A stretch of 64,000 nt of DNA, taken from contig NC_043011.1 in assembly GCF_006345805.1 (NCBI RefSeq), positions 6,882,001-6,946,000 on the forward strand, read 5' to 3'. Below the pieces are notes generated by a model that saw only the letters and a list, made by a program, of their open reading frames with translations, did no database searches and had not been told where the DNA came from. Every line of letters starts with the position of its first letter. Position 1 is the first letter of the stretch. Position numbers and translations under genes: made by a program. Source of the stretch: Octopus sinensis (Eukaryota). Shown piece after piece: positions 23,375 to 34,903 of the stretch.

Positions 23375-23998
23375 TAAATATTGGTTTCAAATTCTGACAC
23401 AAGGCCAACAATTTGGGGGGAAGGGTAACTCATTTTGATTAGCCCCAGTGTCCAACTGGCACTTATTTTATTGACCCCAAAAGGATAAAAAGCAAAATTG
23501 ACCTCAGCAGGATTTGAACTCTGGGTGTGAAGACAAATGAAGTGTTGCTAAGCATGCTAATGGTTCTGCCAACTTACTGCCTTAACTTCGTAAATATTTT
23601 TTTCTACTCTAGGCGCAAGGACCAAAATTTTTGGGGAGGGGGCTAATCGATTAGATCGACTCCAGTACACAACTGGTACTTAATTTATTGACCCCGAAAG
23701 GATGAAAGGCAAAGTCGACCTCGGAGGAATTTGAACTCAGAACGTAAAGACAGACAAAATACCTATTTCTTTACTACCCACAAGGGGCTAAACACAGAGA
23801 GGACAAACAAGGACAGACAAATGGATTAAGTCGATTATATCGACCCCAGTGCATAACTGGTACTTATTTAATCGACCCCGAAAGGATGAAAGGCAAAGTC
23901 AACCTCGGCAGAATTTGAACTCAGAATGTAGCGGCAGATGAAATACTGCTAAGCATTTCGTCCGGCGTGCTAATGATTCTGCCAGCTCGATGCCTTAA
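23375..23998 (-). mobile_element. Cluster of S2 SINEs, including a two-unit chimera 23599-23998 inside one TSD
   Basis: TSD taacttcgtaaatatt (23583-23598) / taacttggtaaatatt (23999-24014). Confidence 0.8.
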
Positions 23999-24319
23999 TA
24001 ACTTGGTAAATATTAAATGCTAATTGGCTGTAATTAGGGTGTGACTATTATGTCATCAATTCACACTTACCAGACTGATGCTTAATGTCACAAGACAAAG
24101 TCTTATGACTAACAGAAATTGGTCCATGTTTGGTGAAGTGTTGAATGCAAATTGTATTAAATAAGTCTGTTGCTTAGTGTTAACTTCTAGAAAACCTTTT
24201 CAGTGTGCCATTTCAAATGTGAATGTGGGAGAGGAGAATGAAGGGCAGGTTTGGGGTGGTGTCAAGATGACTATGAGGGTCCTGTGGTCATATGACCTGT
24301 CACAGGATTTTATTCTTTG

Positions 24320-24660
24320 ATTCTTTAACTCGTTTCAGTCATTAGACTGCGGCCATGCTGGGGCACAACCCTGAAGAATTTCAGTTGAATGAATTGACCG
24401 CAGTACTTATTCTATCAATCTCTTTTTCCCAAACTACTAAGTTAGGGGGACATAAACACACCAACACCGATTGTCAAGCAGTGCTGAAAGACAAACACAG
24501 ACACACACACACATATATATGAGGGCTTATTTCAGTTTCCATCAACCAAATCCACTCACAAGGCTTTGTTCAATGGAAGACACTCTCCCAAGGTGCCACG
24601 CAGTGGGACTGAACCTGGAACCATGTGGTTGGGAAGCAAGCTTCTTACCGCATAGCCATG
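24320..24660 (-). mobile_element. S1 SINE
   Basis: Reverse complement of the S1 consensus seen elsewhere in the window. Confidence 0.85.
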
Positions 24661-24673
24661 TCTATATGTGTAT

Positions 24674-25077
24674 AGACGCAGGAGTGGCTGTGTGGTAAGT
24701 AGCTTGTTTACCAATTACATGGTTCCGGATTCAGTCCCACAGCGTGGCACCTTGGGCAAGTGTCTTCTACTATAGCCTCGAGCCGACCAAAGCCTTGTGA
24801 GTGGATTTGGTAAACGGAAACTGAAAGAAGCCCGTCGTATATATGTATATATATATGCGTGTGTGTGTTTGTGTTTGTCCCCCTAGCATTGCTTGACAAC
24901 CGATGCTGGTGTGTTTATGTCCCCGTTACTTAGCGGTTCGACAAAAGAGACCGATAGAATAAGTACTGGGCTTACAAAAGAATAAGTACCGGGGTCGAGT
25001 TGCTCGATTAAAGGCAGTGCTCCAGCATGGCCGCAGTCAAATGACTGAAACAAGTAAAAGATAAAAGATAAAAGAGA
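24674..25077 (+). mobile_element. Full-length S1 SINE
   Basis: gcaggagtggctgtgtggtaag...gactgaaacaagtaaaag. Confidence 0.9.
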
Positions 25078-25082
25078 ATATA

Positions 25083-25129
25083 TATATATTTGAAAACCCC
25101 ACTAGAATGGGCGAAAGCACTAATATATG
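25083..25129 (+). ncRNA. Minimal hammerhead-like motif (U3-A8 core), unrelated to the 16.7-kb family, probably decayed
   Basis: tATATAT-TTGAAAA-CCCCA ctagaa TGGGC-GAAA-G ca CT-A-ATATATg; C-C mismatch at the base of stem II. Confidence 0.5.
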
Positions 25130-25289
25130 ATATATGATATATGATATAAGTTATATGATGTATAAAAACATGTAATATACAAATAAATATCTGTAAATAT
25201 AAAACCATCCAAATTTCTGAGTACCTCATTTCTTCTAATATAAAATACCTGTACATCATCTCCAAACCTTCTAAATATATATATATATA

Positions 25290-26410
25290 ACAGGTTTCTT
25301 TCAGTTTCGGTCTACCAAATCCACTCACAAGGCTTTGGTCAGCCCGAAGATATAATAGAAGACATTTGCCCAAGGTGCCATGCAGTGGGACTGAACCCGG
25401 AACCATGTGGTTGAAAAGCAAACTTCTTACTACATAGCACATCAGCACCCGTATAATTTGGTGCAAACCATTGAAACTTCTGTAAGAAAACAAATTCACT
25501 TTGTGAAACACAGGATAATAGTACTAGACATCTTGTGCGAAGGTGAATTATAAAGTTTAAATTGCATTTTTCAAGTTTGATGGTTGAAGGAATTTTTTTA
25601 ATCTTATTTGTTTCAATCATTAGATGTGGCCATGCTGGAACACCTTCTTGAAGTACTTTTAGTTGAATGAATTGACCTTGGTACTTAGTTTTTTCTTTTT
25701 TTTTCAAACCTGGTACTTATTCTCTTGATCACTTTTGCCGAACCACTAAGTTATAGAGACGCAAACACACCAATATTCTTTTCTACTCTAGGCACAAGGC
25801 CTGAAATTTGGGGGTGGGGGCAAAATTATGTATGCAGCTGGTACTTAATTTATTGACCCCGAAAGGATGAAAGGCAAAGTCGACCTCGGTGGAGTTTAAA
25901 CTCAGAATGTAAAGACAGACAAAATACCACCAATCATTTCGCCCGCTGTGCTAACATTTCTTATTTCTTTACTGCCCATAAGGGGCTACACAAGAGGGGA
26001 CAAACAAAGACAGACAAATGGATTAAGTCAATTACATCGACCCCAATGCGTAACTGATACTTAATTTATTGACCCCCAAAAGAATAAAAGGCAAAGTTGA
26101 CCTCGGCAGAATTTGAACTCAGAACGTAACGTCAGACGAAATACCGCTAAGCATTTTGCCCAGCGTGCTAACGATTCTGCCAGCTCGCTGCCTTGCAAAC
26201 ACATCAATATTGGGTCTCAAGCAGTGATGGAGAAACAAATACAGACACAAAGGCAAACACACACACACATTACAGGCTTCTTTTAGTTTCCACTCACAGG
26301 GCTTTGGTCAGCTCGAAGCTATCGCAGAAGACACTTGTCAAAGGTGCCATGCAGTGGGACTGAACCCAGAACCATGTGGTTTGGAAAGAAGCTTCTTATC
26401 ACACTCTACA
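25290..26410 (-). mobile_element. Nested SINEs: S1 pieces with a two-unit S2 chimera (25778-26194) inserted
   Basis: TSD gcaaacacaccaatatt (25761-25777) / gcaaacacatcaatatt (26195-26211). Confidence 0.8.
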
Positions 26411-26429
26411 CTTACACCTATAGGAAAAC

Positions 26430-26690
26430 TCACTGAGGAAGTGCACAATGTAGGACTGGGTGAAGAGGGAACTCATTGTAGGGCTGGAGGAAAGGACACA
26501 TTGCAGGGCTGGTGGAAAGGGTTATATGTTGTTGGGCTATGAGAAGTGGGTGCATGTTATAGGGCTGGGAGAAGGGGTTAGGGTTGTAGGACAGGAGTGG
26601 GGGATGTTCATTGTAGGTCTGGAAGAAGTGTGTAGGGTGAGGAAAATGGGGTGCTCATTGTAGGGTTAGGAGAAAAGATGCACAATTCAG
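26430..26690 (+). repeat. Degenerate G-rich ~22-25 bp minisatellite (attgtagggctggag...)
   Basis: Repeated (c)attgtagggctgg/ggtctgg/gggttagg units. Confidence 0.6.
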
Positions 26691-27629
26691 TAGCCTTGCA
26701 AAGCGAGTCTGCCCCAGGTGGTGCTTTTATAGGGGCAGCTCTTTTAGGCTTGCTGTACAAGCTCATATTGGTTGCATTGGCTTGGCAAGGGCAGCAAACG
26801 CAAGATTTGCCCCAGGTGGCACACCCACCCATTATGACCCTGGCTCAATGTACAGCCAACAGAAAGATTTGACTGCTATTTCTAGCAGGCTGTACAACCA
26901 CCTAAAGCTTCCATCCTAGTTCCGTACACTTTCTCCTCCCCTCCAACAGCATCATCACTACCACCACCACCACCAACACCATTGCTGCTGCCGCCGTCGC
27001 CATCTTACACTCCATATTATCAAACAATATTCTCATCTTGAAAGTTTTGGAAAGTACAAGATTTATCGTCTCTGATACCATTTAGGAAAATGGATATCCT
27101 CGACTTGGAATTTTCAGCAGTTTTGCGACGGAATAAATAATATATGTTGAATTTCTAATTTGAAATCGTTCCAACTTATCAGATGGATTATTAGATAAGC
27201 AAGGGTGGATTTTGTTTACGTTTAAAGTTACTTCGGGTTACATTTATTTATTTGCTCAGAATAAAGTTGCTACTAAACCTGTACAAACAGACGCACTTTG
27301 ATTAAACTAACAAGACTTATAAGTCTTTGGAAAATCCTAATAAATTCTCTTCAAATGTTTTATCATTTGGCAGAATCATTAGGACGTTGGACAAAATGCT
27401 TAGCGGTATTTCTTCCGATTCTTAAAAGCTTAGCGGTATTTCTTCCGATTCTTAAAAGCTTAGCGGTATTTCTTCTGGCTCTGAGTTCAATTTCCGTTGG
27501 GGTTGGCTTTGCCTTTCATCTTTCCCAAGTCGATAAGATAAAGTACCAGTTGAGCACTCGGGTCGATGTAATCGAGAGGCCGTTTTCCCTCCGAAGATTT
27601 CAGGCGTTGTTCCTATAGTAGAAAGAATT

Positions 27630-27684
27630 GGCGAACAAAAACCCTAACCCTAACCACCGGGTATGTGTATTCTTTACTTTCGCC
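27630..27684. mobile_element. 55-bp micro-MITE, GGCGAA...TTCGCC ends, 9-bp TSD
   Basis: TSD gaaagaatt at 27621-27629 and 27685-27693; body matches the right arm of 33686-33861. Confidence 0.75.
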
Positions 27685-28080
27685 GAAAGAATTATTCGGT
27701 TCTTTACTTTCTGAGATCAAATTGCACCGAGGTTGACTTTGCCAATCATCTTTTCTGCATTGATAAAATAAAGTACCAGTCAAATATTGAGGTTGGGGTA
27801 TACGACTTCCCCTCAACATTGCTGGCCTTGTGGCAAAATGAGAATTTATTTTTTTCTTATAAAGGAGAACAAAAACGGTGAGCTGGCAGAATCGTTAGCA
27901 CACCAGACAAAATGCTTAGCGGTATTTCGTCTGCCGCAACGTTCTGAGTTCAAAATCCGCTGAGGTCGACTTTGCCTTTCATCCTTTCGGGGTCGATTAC
28001 ATAAGTACCAGTTACGCACTGGGGTCAATATAATCGACTTAATCCGTTTGTCTGCTATTTAAATACAGAGGTCCCTTAAC

Positions 28081-28242
28081 GGTACTACTTAAATACAGAG
28101 GTCCCCACGTATCTACGTAATCCTGCCTTTAAAAACTAACCCTAACCTCAAACCTACCTAGCCCTAAAACTAACCTTAACGAATGTGCACTGTATAACAT
28201 CGTTACGTAGATGAACCGGGATCTCTGTGATTAAATAGTGCC
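28081..28242. mobile_element. MITE with ~40-bp imperfect TIRs (GGTACTAC start) and TAACCC-like interior
   Basis: ggtactacttaaatacagaggtcccc...catctacgtaa versus the reverse complement of the right end; no TSD seen; partial left-end duplicate at 28054-28075. Confidence 0.65.
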
Positions 28243-28991
28243 GGTCGACTTTGCCTTTCACCCATTGCGATTAAAAAAATATAAGAATCGGTCGAGTACT
28301 GGAGTCGAAGGTATCAACTAAACCCTAGCTACAATTGTTGATCTTGAGCCAAAAATTGAAACAGTTATAAAAGGCGGCAAATCGTCAGAATTGTTAAAGC
28401 ACCGGAAAAACGTCATAGGGATATTTGTTCCGGCTCTTTACATTCTGAGTTTAGATCCCGCCGAGTTTAACTCTGACCTTCTCTCTTCAGAATCGCTGGC
28501 CTTGTGCTTAAATCAGAAACTACGAAGACCCAAGAAACAATTATGCTAAATATAGCGAGGCTGGTAGAATCGTTAGAATGCCTTGTGAGAGTTGTTCCGA
28601 CTCCTTATTTACGTTCTGAGTTCAAATCCTACCGCGGTCAACTGTTCCTTTCATCATTCCCGGGGGTCGATGAAACATAGTGACAGTCATGTACTGCAAT
28701 CGCTACGATCTAGTGCTCCCCTTTCACTCAACATTTTTAGGCCTTGTACTTAAATTAGAAATAATGATTTGATGAACTTTTAAGGATGCGATTAAAGAAT
28801 GAGTAAACGCTTAGAGAAAATCCAGCGGAAAGGACATAAGAAATATTTGGCATCCCCTACATATTGATTCGTCTCTCCATTGTGACGAATTCATGAGTGA
28901 AGAGGTGATAAGAGTGCTTGGGGGCAAGTTACTCGCTTCTGGAAACAGCCCAGGTACAGCAGAAGTAGTGAAAGTCAGTCTCCACAATACC

Positions 28992-29227
28992 TATTTCTTT
29001 TATTACCCACAAGGGGCTAAACATAGAGGGGACAAACAAGGACAGACATAGGTATTAAGTCGATTACATCGACCCCAGTGCATAACTGGTACTTAATTTA
29101 TCGACCCCGAAAGGATGAAAGGCAAAGTCGACCTCGGTGGAATTTGAACTCACAACGTAACGGCGGACGAAATACCGCTAAGCATTTCGCCCGGCGTGCT
29201 AACGATTCTGCCAGCTCGCCGCCTTCT
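28992..29227 (-). mobile_element. Young S2 SINE monomer with 14-bp TSD
   Basis: gtctccacaatacc at 28978-28991 and 29228-29241. Confidence 0.92.
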
Positions 29228-29914
29228 GTCTCCACAATACCGTCGACCAACGGCAAAAACGACTGGCCAAAGAATGAGTGTCTACTTCTGGTGAAGACGT
29301 TATGGAATCGGTATATTTTTGTTCGTAGTCCACAATCTGAGCATAATTTAGGGCTCAACTGAAACTAAACAATAACAGTAAAAACAGCTACAGTGGTTTG
29401 ATGATATAAAAAAAAACTATGGATATATTGATGTAGCCAATTTCAGAAGCTCATATTCTGGGGGAAAAGTTCTTAATGCATTTGAAGCTTGTAATGTAGA
29501 CCCAAAATTCGCAAATAGGACAACTGGGGCGGGGGTAGACTTATTTTGGAAAAATTGTGCTGTGCCAAATACGGTATATAGAAATAAATTTTTTTTTTAA
29601 AGTCACAACGCGACCAGCCGATCTACTAGAAATAGCAGCCAAATTTCTTTCATATCATGTTACCGCTTTTTTTTTTTTTTTGTTAATGGTTACATTGAAT
29701 TATGCAGTTCTAGATGAATCATTCGCGAACGGCATTCTTTTGATTTATGATAATAAAGTGGGCGGGGGGGGAGGATTATCGTAAGTAATCAGCATTGAAA
29801 TTTTGAAAAGACATGAATTTCGAAAAAAAGAAAAAGAGATTTATTTTTTTCTCTCTCAGAATTGTAATCTTTTTGTAATTTGTAAACATGGAATCCAAAT
29901 ATAATTTGAGAAAG

Positions 29915-29939
29915 AAAGAAAGAAAGAAAGAGAGACGGA

Positions 29940-29975
<36 letters not shown>

Positions 29976-30232
29976 AGAAAGAAGAAAGAAAGAAAGGAAA
30001 AGAAAGGAAAAAGAAAGAGAGAAAGAAAGGAGAAAGAAAGGAAAGGAAGAAAGAAAGGAAAAAGAAAGAAAGAAAGAAAGAAAGAAAAGGAAAAAGAAAG
30101 AAAGGAAAAGAAGAAAGAAAGGAAGAAGAAAGAAAGAAAGAAGAAAGAAAGAAAGAAAGAAAAGAAAAAGAAAGAAAGGAAAGAAAGAAAGAAAAGGAAA
30201 AAGAAAGAGAGAAAGAAAGAAAGAAAAGAAAA
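29915..30232 (+). repeat. ~320-bp near-pure polypurine (GAAA)n-type tract
   Basis: Almost exclusively A/G on the + strand. Confidence 0.95.
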
Positions 30233-30818
30233 TTGTTGGGAAATTGATTATTTGAAAAACCTTTTTTTATTGCTTTTAGAATATATTCGTAATGTCTATT
30301 GTTGAAAGTAGAATCCTAAGAAAATTCATGGATGGAAACTGGGTTGGATGTTTGTTCGATATTTTTTTCTGGACATTGTCGAATAGCATCAATGTCTGAA
30401 TTTTCACTTTGTGCTCCTAAACCGAAAGAATGCTTATCTGCGTTTTCGGTAATTCAAGAGGCTTCTTGTTTGGGAAGAAGAGATTGGGGCGGTGTTTCTC
30501 TTCTAGTAAATAATAAAAGTAACACTTGATCTAATTAGTGCAGGTAAGGAGGGACAAATAACGACATTTCTCCTCTTTAAATGTCGTTTGGCTAACATGT
30601 AATATGTTTGTAACCATAATTACAACAACAACAATAACGGATTTCTTTTTTCTTATTGGCCTCAAGGGCCCAAGACACAGAGGAAAATATCAAAGGGCGA
30701 GTTACGACACAATGCAAAAACAAAATAAATAATGGGGGTGGTTTACAGCGATCATAGGGAGTCACTAGCGCATTAAAAGATATAACAAAGGATAAATAAT
30801 AGAAATTAAATTAATAAA

Positions 30819-31214
30819 TCTTTATATATAAAAGTGAGGTTGTGTGCTGTCTGTCTCCTACGATTTAGATTCCTAACTACTCCCACATTTTGCGGTGCAG
30901 TGTAACCAAAACCGGGTATCTTATAGTCGTCATTCATATCGAGCCCTTCTGGGTATTAGCGCGCGTCTACGATGAGTCTACGATTAAAAAAATTTTACCA
31001 TCATTTTTTTCCATTTTAATGCATTTTTTCGCTATTATATAAGGGAAGTAACTCTCTAAAAATGTCTACGATGAGTCTACGATTAAAAAAAATTTACCAT
31101 CATTTTTTTTCCATTTTTAATGCATTTTTTTGCTATTTTTTTTGTTATAACTCTAAAAATGCTTATATAGTTATTTCCCTTACAAATCCGAGCAACGCCG
31201 GGCGATACTGCTAG
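30819..31214 (+). mobile_element. Non-autonomous Helitron, copy 1
   Basis: A|TC start, CTAG|T end, subterminal ccgagcaacgccggg hairpin, no TSD, internal ~100-bp tandem duplication. Confidence 0.88.
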
Positions 31215-31590
31215 TAATTAATAATTAGAATCTCCAATAGCGAGGCAGTCTACTTCGGGTAATTCAGGGTAAACCTTACACAAAAATCCCTGATTACTCT
31301 GCTATACCTAAGACATAGGAAAGTGCCCTCTTCCAGTTTTTTTTCCCTTAGTTCGGCGAAATAAATTGATTGTTGACATGGGTTTAAATAATTTTGGTCA
31401 ATGATGCTGAACTGAATGATGATGAAGGCAAGAAGTTCGTAATGTGGTCTTAGGCTTAATATCACAACACGACACTTTGGGTAAGTGTCTTCTACTATAG
31501 CCTCAGGCCAACTAAAGCCTCGTGAATGGATGTGGTGGACAGAAACTGTACGGAAAACCAATACACAGACACGTGTGTGTGTCTTTAACA

Positions 31591-31791
31591 CAGTGCTTTT
31601 CAAACTTTTTGCTGGAGCGGAACCCCAAGGAAACATTCCACTGGCTCGAGCAACCCCTGTGCAATAATTTAATGGTCTTATGCACACATATCTGCACAGG
31701 AAAATTAAAAATTACTGCCGATTTTAGTTGTTTTGTAACTTCTTGCGGAATCCCTGCACTGTACTGGCGGAACCCTGGTTGAAAACCACTG
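31591..31791. mobile_element. hAT-type MITE
   Basis: TIRs cagtgcttttcaa / ttgaaaaccactg; 8-bp TSD ctttaaca at 31583-31590 and 31792-31799. Confidence 0.88.
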
Positions 31792-32410
31792 CTTTAACAC
31801 ATAAAGTGCAACGGGCCACGATCGTGACCCGGATAGATGCATTTATTTTATGAGCGTTTGTTGGGGTTCTGATGTCACGCAAACGCTCAGATGCCCCTCA
31901 GAATGCAAGAGAGCTAATAGTTCAACTAACGGCTTTTCAGATGATGTAAAACTTGACACCATTAATATACTAAGAAGATATTTTAACTATTTTTTGCTTT
32001 TTAATATGTGCATGGTAGTCTCATTTTCATAAAATGTGCTCAACAGTCCATGCTATGTAAGTGCAAATCCCAGTGCTTTATGGGTTAAGTTTGTCCTTAC
32101 ACCGACTGACAATTGGTGTTGGTTTATTTATGTCCCCGTAACACAACGGTTTGGCAAAAAGAGACTGACAGAATGAATACCAGACTTTGAAAAATAACTA
32201 CGGAAGTCGATTTGTTCGACTAAACCCTTCAAGGCGGTGATCCAGCATGGCCGCAGTCCAATGGCTGAAACTAAAGTTTGTGTGCGTGTCTATTTGTGTG
32301 TGTATCTGAGTTTGTCTCCCATCACAGTTTAACAAACTGTGTTGGTTTGTTTGCGTCCCCGTCACATTGTAGTTTGGCAAAAAGTAACTGATAGAATAAG
32401 TACAAGACTT

Positions 32411-32722
32411 GGTACTACTAGCGAACAGTGGTCCCGGTGCGCGCACTCGCGCATCCGCGTTAGCTAGTCGTAAGTAGTCGATCCTACAACGACTTTTTAA
32501 CCCTAACCCTGACCTTAACCTTAGTTTGTTTATAAAAATAATTTATTTGCTTAGTTTAAAAAATTATTTACTTTGTTCGAAAAATATTATTTCATTTCCT
32601 TTGATGTGTATTCAGCCTTGAAATACAAACATACGCGCAAGTCGTTGTAGGATCGACTACTTACGACTAGCTAGCGCGGAAGCGCGAGTGCGCGCACCGG
32701 ACCCCTGTTCGCTTGTAGTACC
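32411..32722. mobile_element. MITE with ~84-bp TIRs, GG...CC ends and 8-bp TSD (Merlin-like), inserted in an S1 SINE
   Basis: TSD caagactt at 32403-32410 and 32723-32730; interior taaccctaaccctgaccttaacc. Confidence 0.88.
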
Positions 32723-33109
32723 CAAGACTTAAAAAAAAAATAGTTATGTGTATTGGGAGCGGTTCGTTCGACGTAAAACCCTCCGAGGCGGTGCCCCAGC
32801 ATGGGCGTAGCAAAAATAAAGAGTGTTGTAATTATCCCCTCCTGTTTCACTACATGTTACTAACATTGAGCACTAGATGGCATTTTATTCTTTATTTCTT
32901 CACTTTCGTTTTCCTCTGCGAATGTCTTCCTCCGCTCCTCGCCTCGCCACAAAACCTTTTGCTCTTTAAGAGTTGCCAGTCAACACTCGAAGCTCATTAA
33001 TTTTGGAAAAGACTGTGGCAATCGATTTCACGGACATCGAAGCAGCTTCTTTGGTAAGTTATTTCATAAACGCATCCCACTTACTCTTGAAAGGACTAAA
33101 AACATAGTC

Positions 33110-33650
33110 GACCCCAACAATATTTTAAAATAATAATAATAATGAAATTATTGTGTATGGTGCTCAGGTGCACCACGACTCATCAAAGGTGCATGTGCAG
33201 TACATAGAATTATGTACAAAGGTCAGGAGACTGAACAGTGTAGGAGTCATGGTATGTATGTGGCAGAATCGTTAGCACGACGGGCGAAATGCTGCGTTAC
33301 GTTCTGAGTTCAAATTCCGCCGAGGTCCACTTTGCCTTTCATCCTTTTGGGTTTGATAAATTAAGTACCAGTTACGCACTGGGGTCGATGTAATCGACTT
33401 AATCCGTGTGTCTGTCCTTTGTCCTCTCTCTGTGTGTGTAGCCCCTTGTGGGTAGTAAACAAATAGGTATATATGTGTGCATGCATATATGGAGGGCGAT
33501 ATCAGGTGTAGTTTGGGCGAATTTCAGGAAGCATGGAGGTTTTAAAAGATGCAATGTCTCGGTAACAAACAACTGATGGAGGGAGTTTGTTCCATGCTTC
33601 AGCAACATGATGTTATTACCTTTCGGTCTCAACTCTTGGAGACACAATTA
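33110..33650 (-). mobile_element. CR1 3' end (same family as 4870-5110) interrupted by an S2 SINE (~33265-33470, + strand)
   Basis: aatgaaattattg...gtgctcaggtgcaccac and gtgtagtttgggcgaatttcaggaagcatgga match 4880-5050. Confidence 0.8.
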
Positions 33651-33685
33651 AAATAGCTGCAAGATACCGAATTAATTTAGAGTTT

Positions 33686-33861
33686 GGCGGAGGTAAAGAA
33701 TACGTAACCCGAAGTTTTAGGGTTAGGAGTAGGGTTTGGGTTTTTAATGCGCCGAAAACGAATGGTGTACGTGTTCTTTACCACCCGTTTTCGGTGCAAC
33801 AAAAACCCTAAACCTTACCCCTAACCCTAAATCCTGGGTCTACATATTTTTTACCTTCGCC
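33686..33861. mobile_element. Fold-back MITE, GG...CC ends, 8-bp TSD, TTAGGG-like repeats in both arms (Merlin-like)
   Basis: TSD tagagttt at 33678-33685 and 33862-33869; ~80-bp imperfect arms. Confidence 0.85.
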
Positions 33862-34230
33862 TAGAGTTTCTATCGCTTCCTATCATTCAGTCATGAACTA
33901 GTGAAAGAATATTTATTAGCAGGAAGTTTAACTTTGGCCTTCACGTCTTTCTCCATGAGTAGAAGTCATTAAAACGTATTTCACTGGAGTTTCGAAATTG
34001 CTCTAATTACTTCTTGGAGGAAGGAAGAAAAAAATAAGGAATTGAGAGGATTTAAAAATTTTTTATGTATTCCTATGTTTCGTACAATGGTACTTATGTT
34101 CCTGAAAGAAGTTTTCTTTCCAGAATTTCAAATTTTTAAATATTTTCCCACCCCCGCTTAATTCCATGACCATTTTCTTCCCTCTTCCTGTTCTGATAGC
34201 TAGAATGTCTTTTCTCATTACGGACGTAAA

Positions 34231-34624
34231 TCTTTATATATAAAAGTGAGGTTGTGTGCTGTCTGTCTCCTACGATTTAGATTCCTAACTACTCCCACAT
34301 TTTGCAGAGTAGTCTAACCAAAAGCGGGTATCTTATAGTCGTGATTCATATCGAGCCCTTCTGGGTATTAGCGCGCGTCTACGATGAGTCTACGATTTTA
34401 AAAAAATTTTTACCATTTTTTCCATTTCAATGCATTTTTTCGCTATTATATAAGGGAAGTAACTCTCTAAAAATGTCTACGATGAGTCAACGATTAAAAA
34501 AAAATTTACCATTTTTTTTCCATTTTTCATGCATTTTTTTGCTATTTTTTGGCTATAACTCTCTAAAAATGCTTATATAGTTATTTCCCTTACAAACCCG
34601 AGCAACGCCGGGCGATACTGCTAG
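34231..34624 (+). mobile_element. Non-autonomous Helitron, copy 2
   Basis: Near-identical to 30819-31214, with the same termini. Confidence 0.9.
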
Positions 34625-34819
34625 TATATGTATATAATTTTAGAATAGGATAAAATCTTTATAAGAATTTATCAAGTAGGCAGCGTGAAAAACCTCATAA
34701 GAGAAAAAATTCACCAATCTTTTTCACTTAAATATATTTATTTATATTACATAGAGAGCATTACTACACATAAATGCCACACGCTAGGAGGGACTCTTAA
34801 AGTCAAAACTACTATATAT

Positions 34820-34903
34820 GCTATTTTTTGGCTATAACTCTCTAAAAATGCTTATATAGTTATTTCCCTTACAAATCCGAGCAACGCATGGCCTTTCTGC
34901 TAG
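34820..34903 (+). mobile_element. Extra Helitron 3' end
   Basis: gctattttttggctataactc...ccgagcaacgcatggcctttctgCTAG|t. Confidence 0.7.

Larger units (their letters stand above)
27320..28770 (+). mobile_element. Cluster of decayed S2 SINEs (one with a 31-bp internal triplication at ~27405-27480)
   Basis: Repeated gagttcaaa...gactttgcctttcatc cores; gcttagcggtatttcttccgattcttaaaa occurs twice in full plus a partial third copy. Confidence 0.8.

Noticed and set aside
28820-29330. ~70-codon open frame restored after removing the SINE at 28992-29227
   Set aside because: No recognisable domain, it ends in stops, and the length is within chance.
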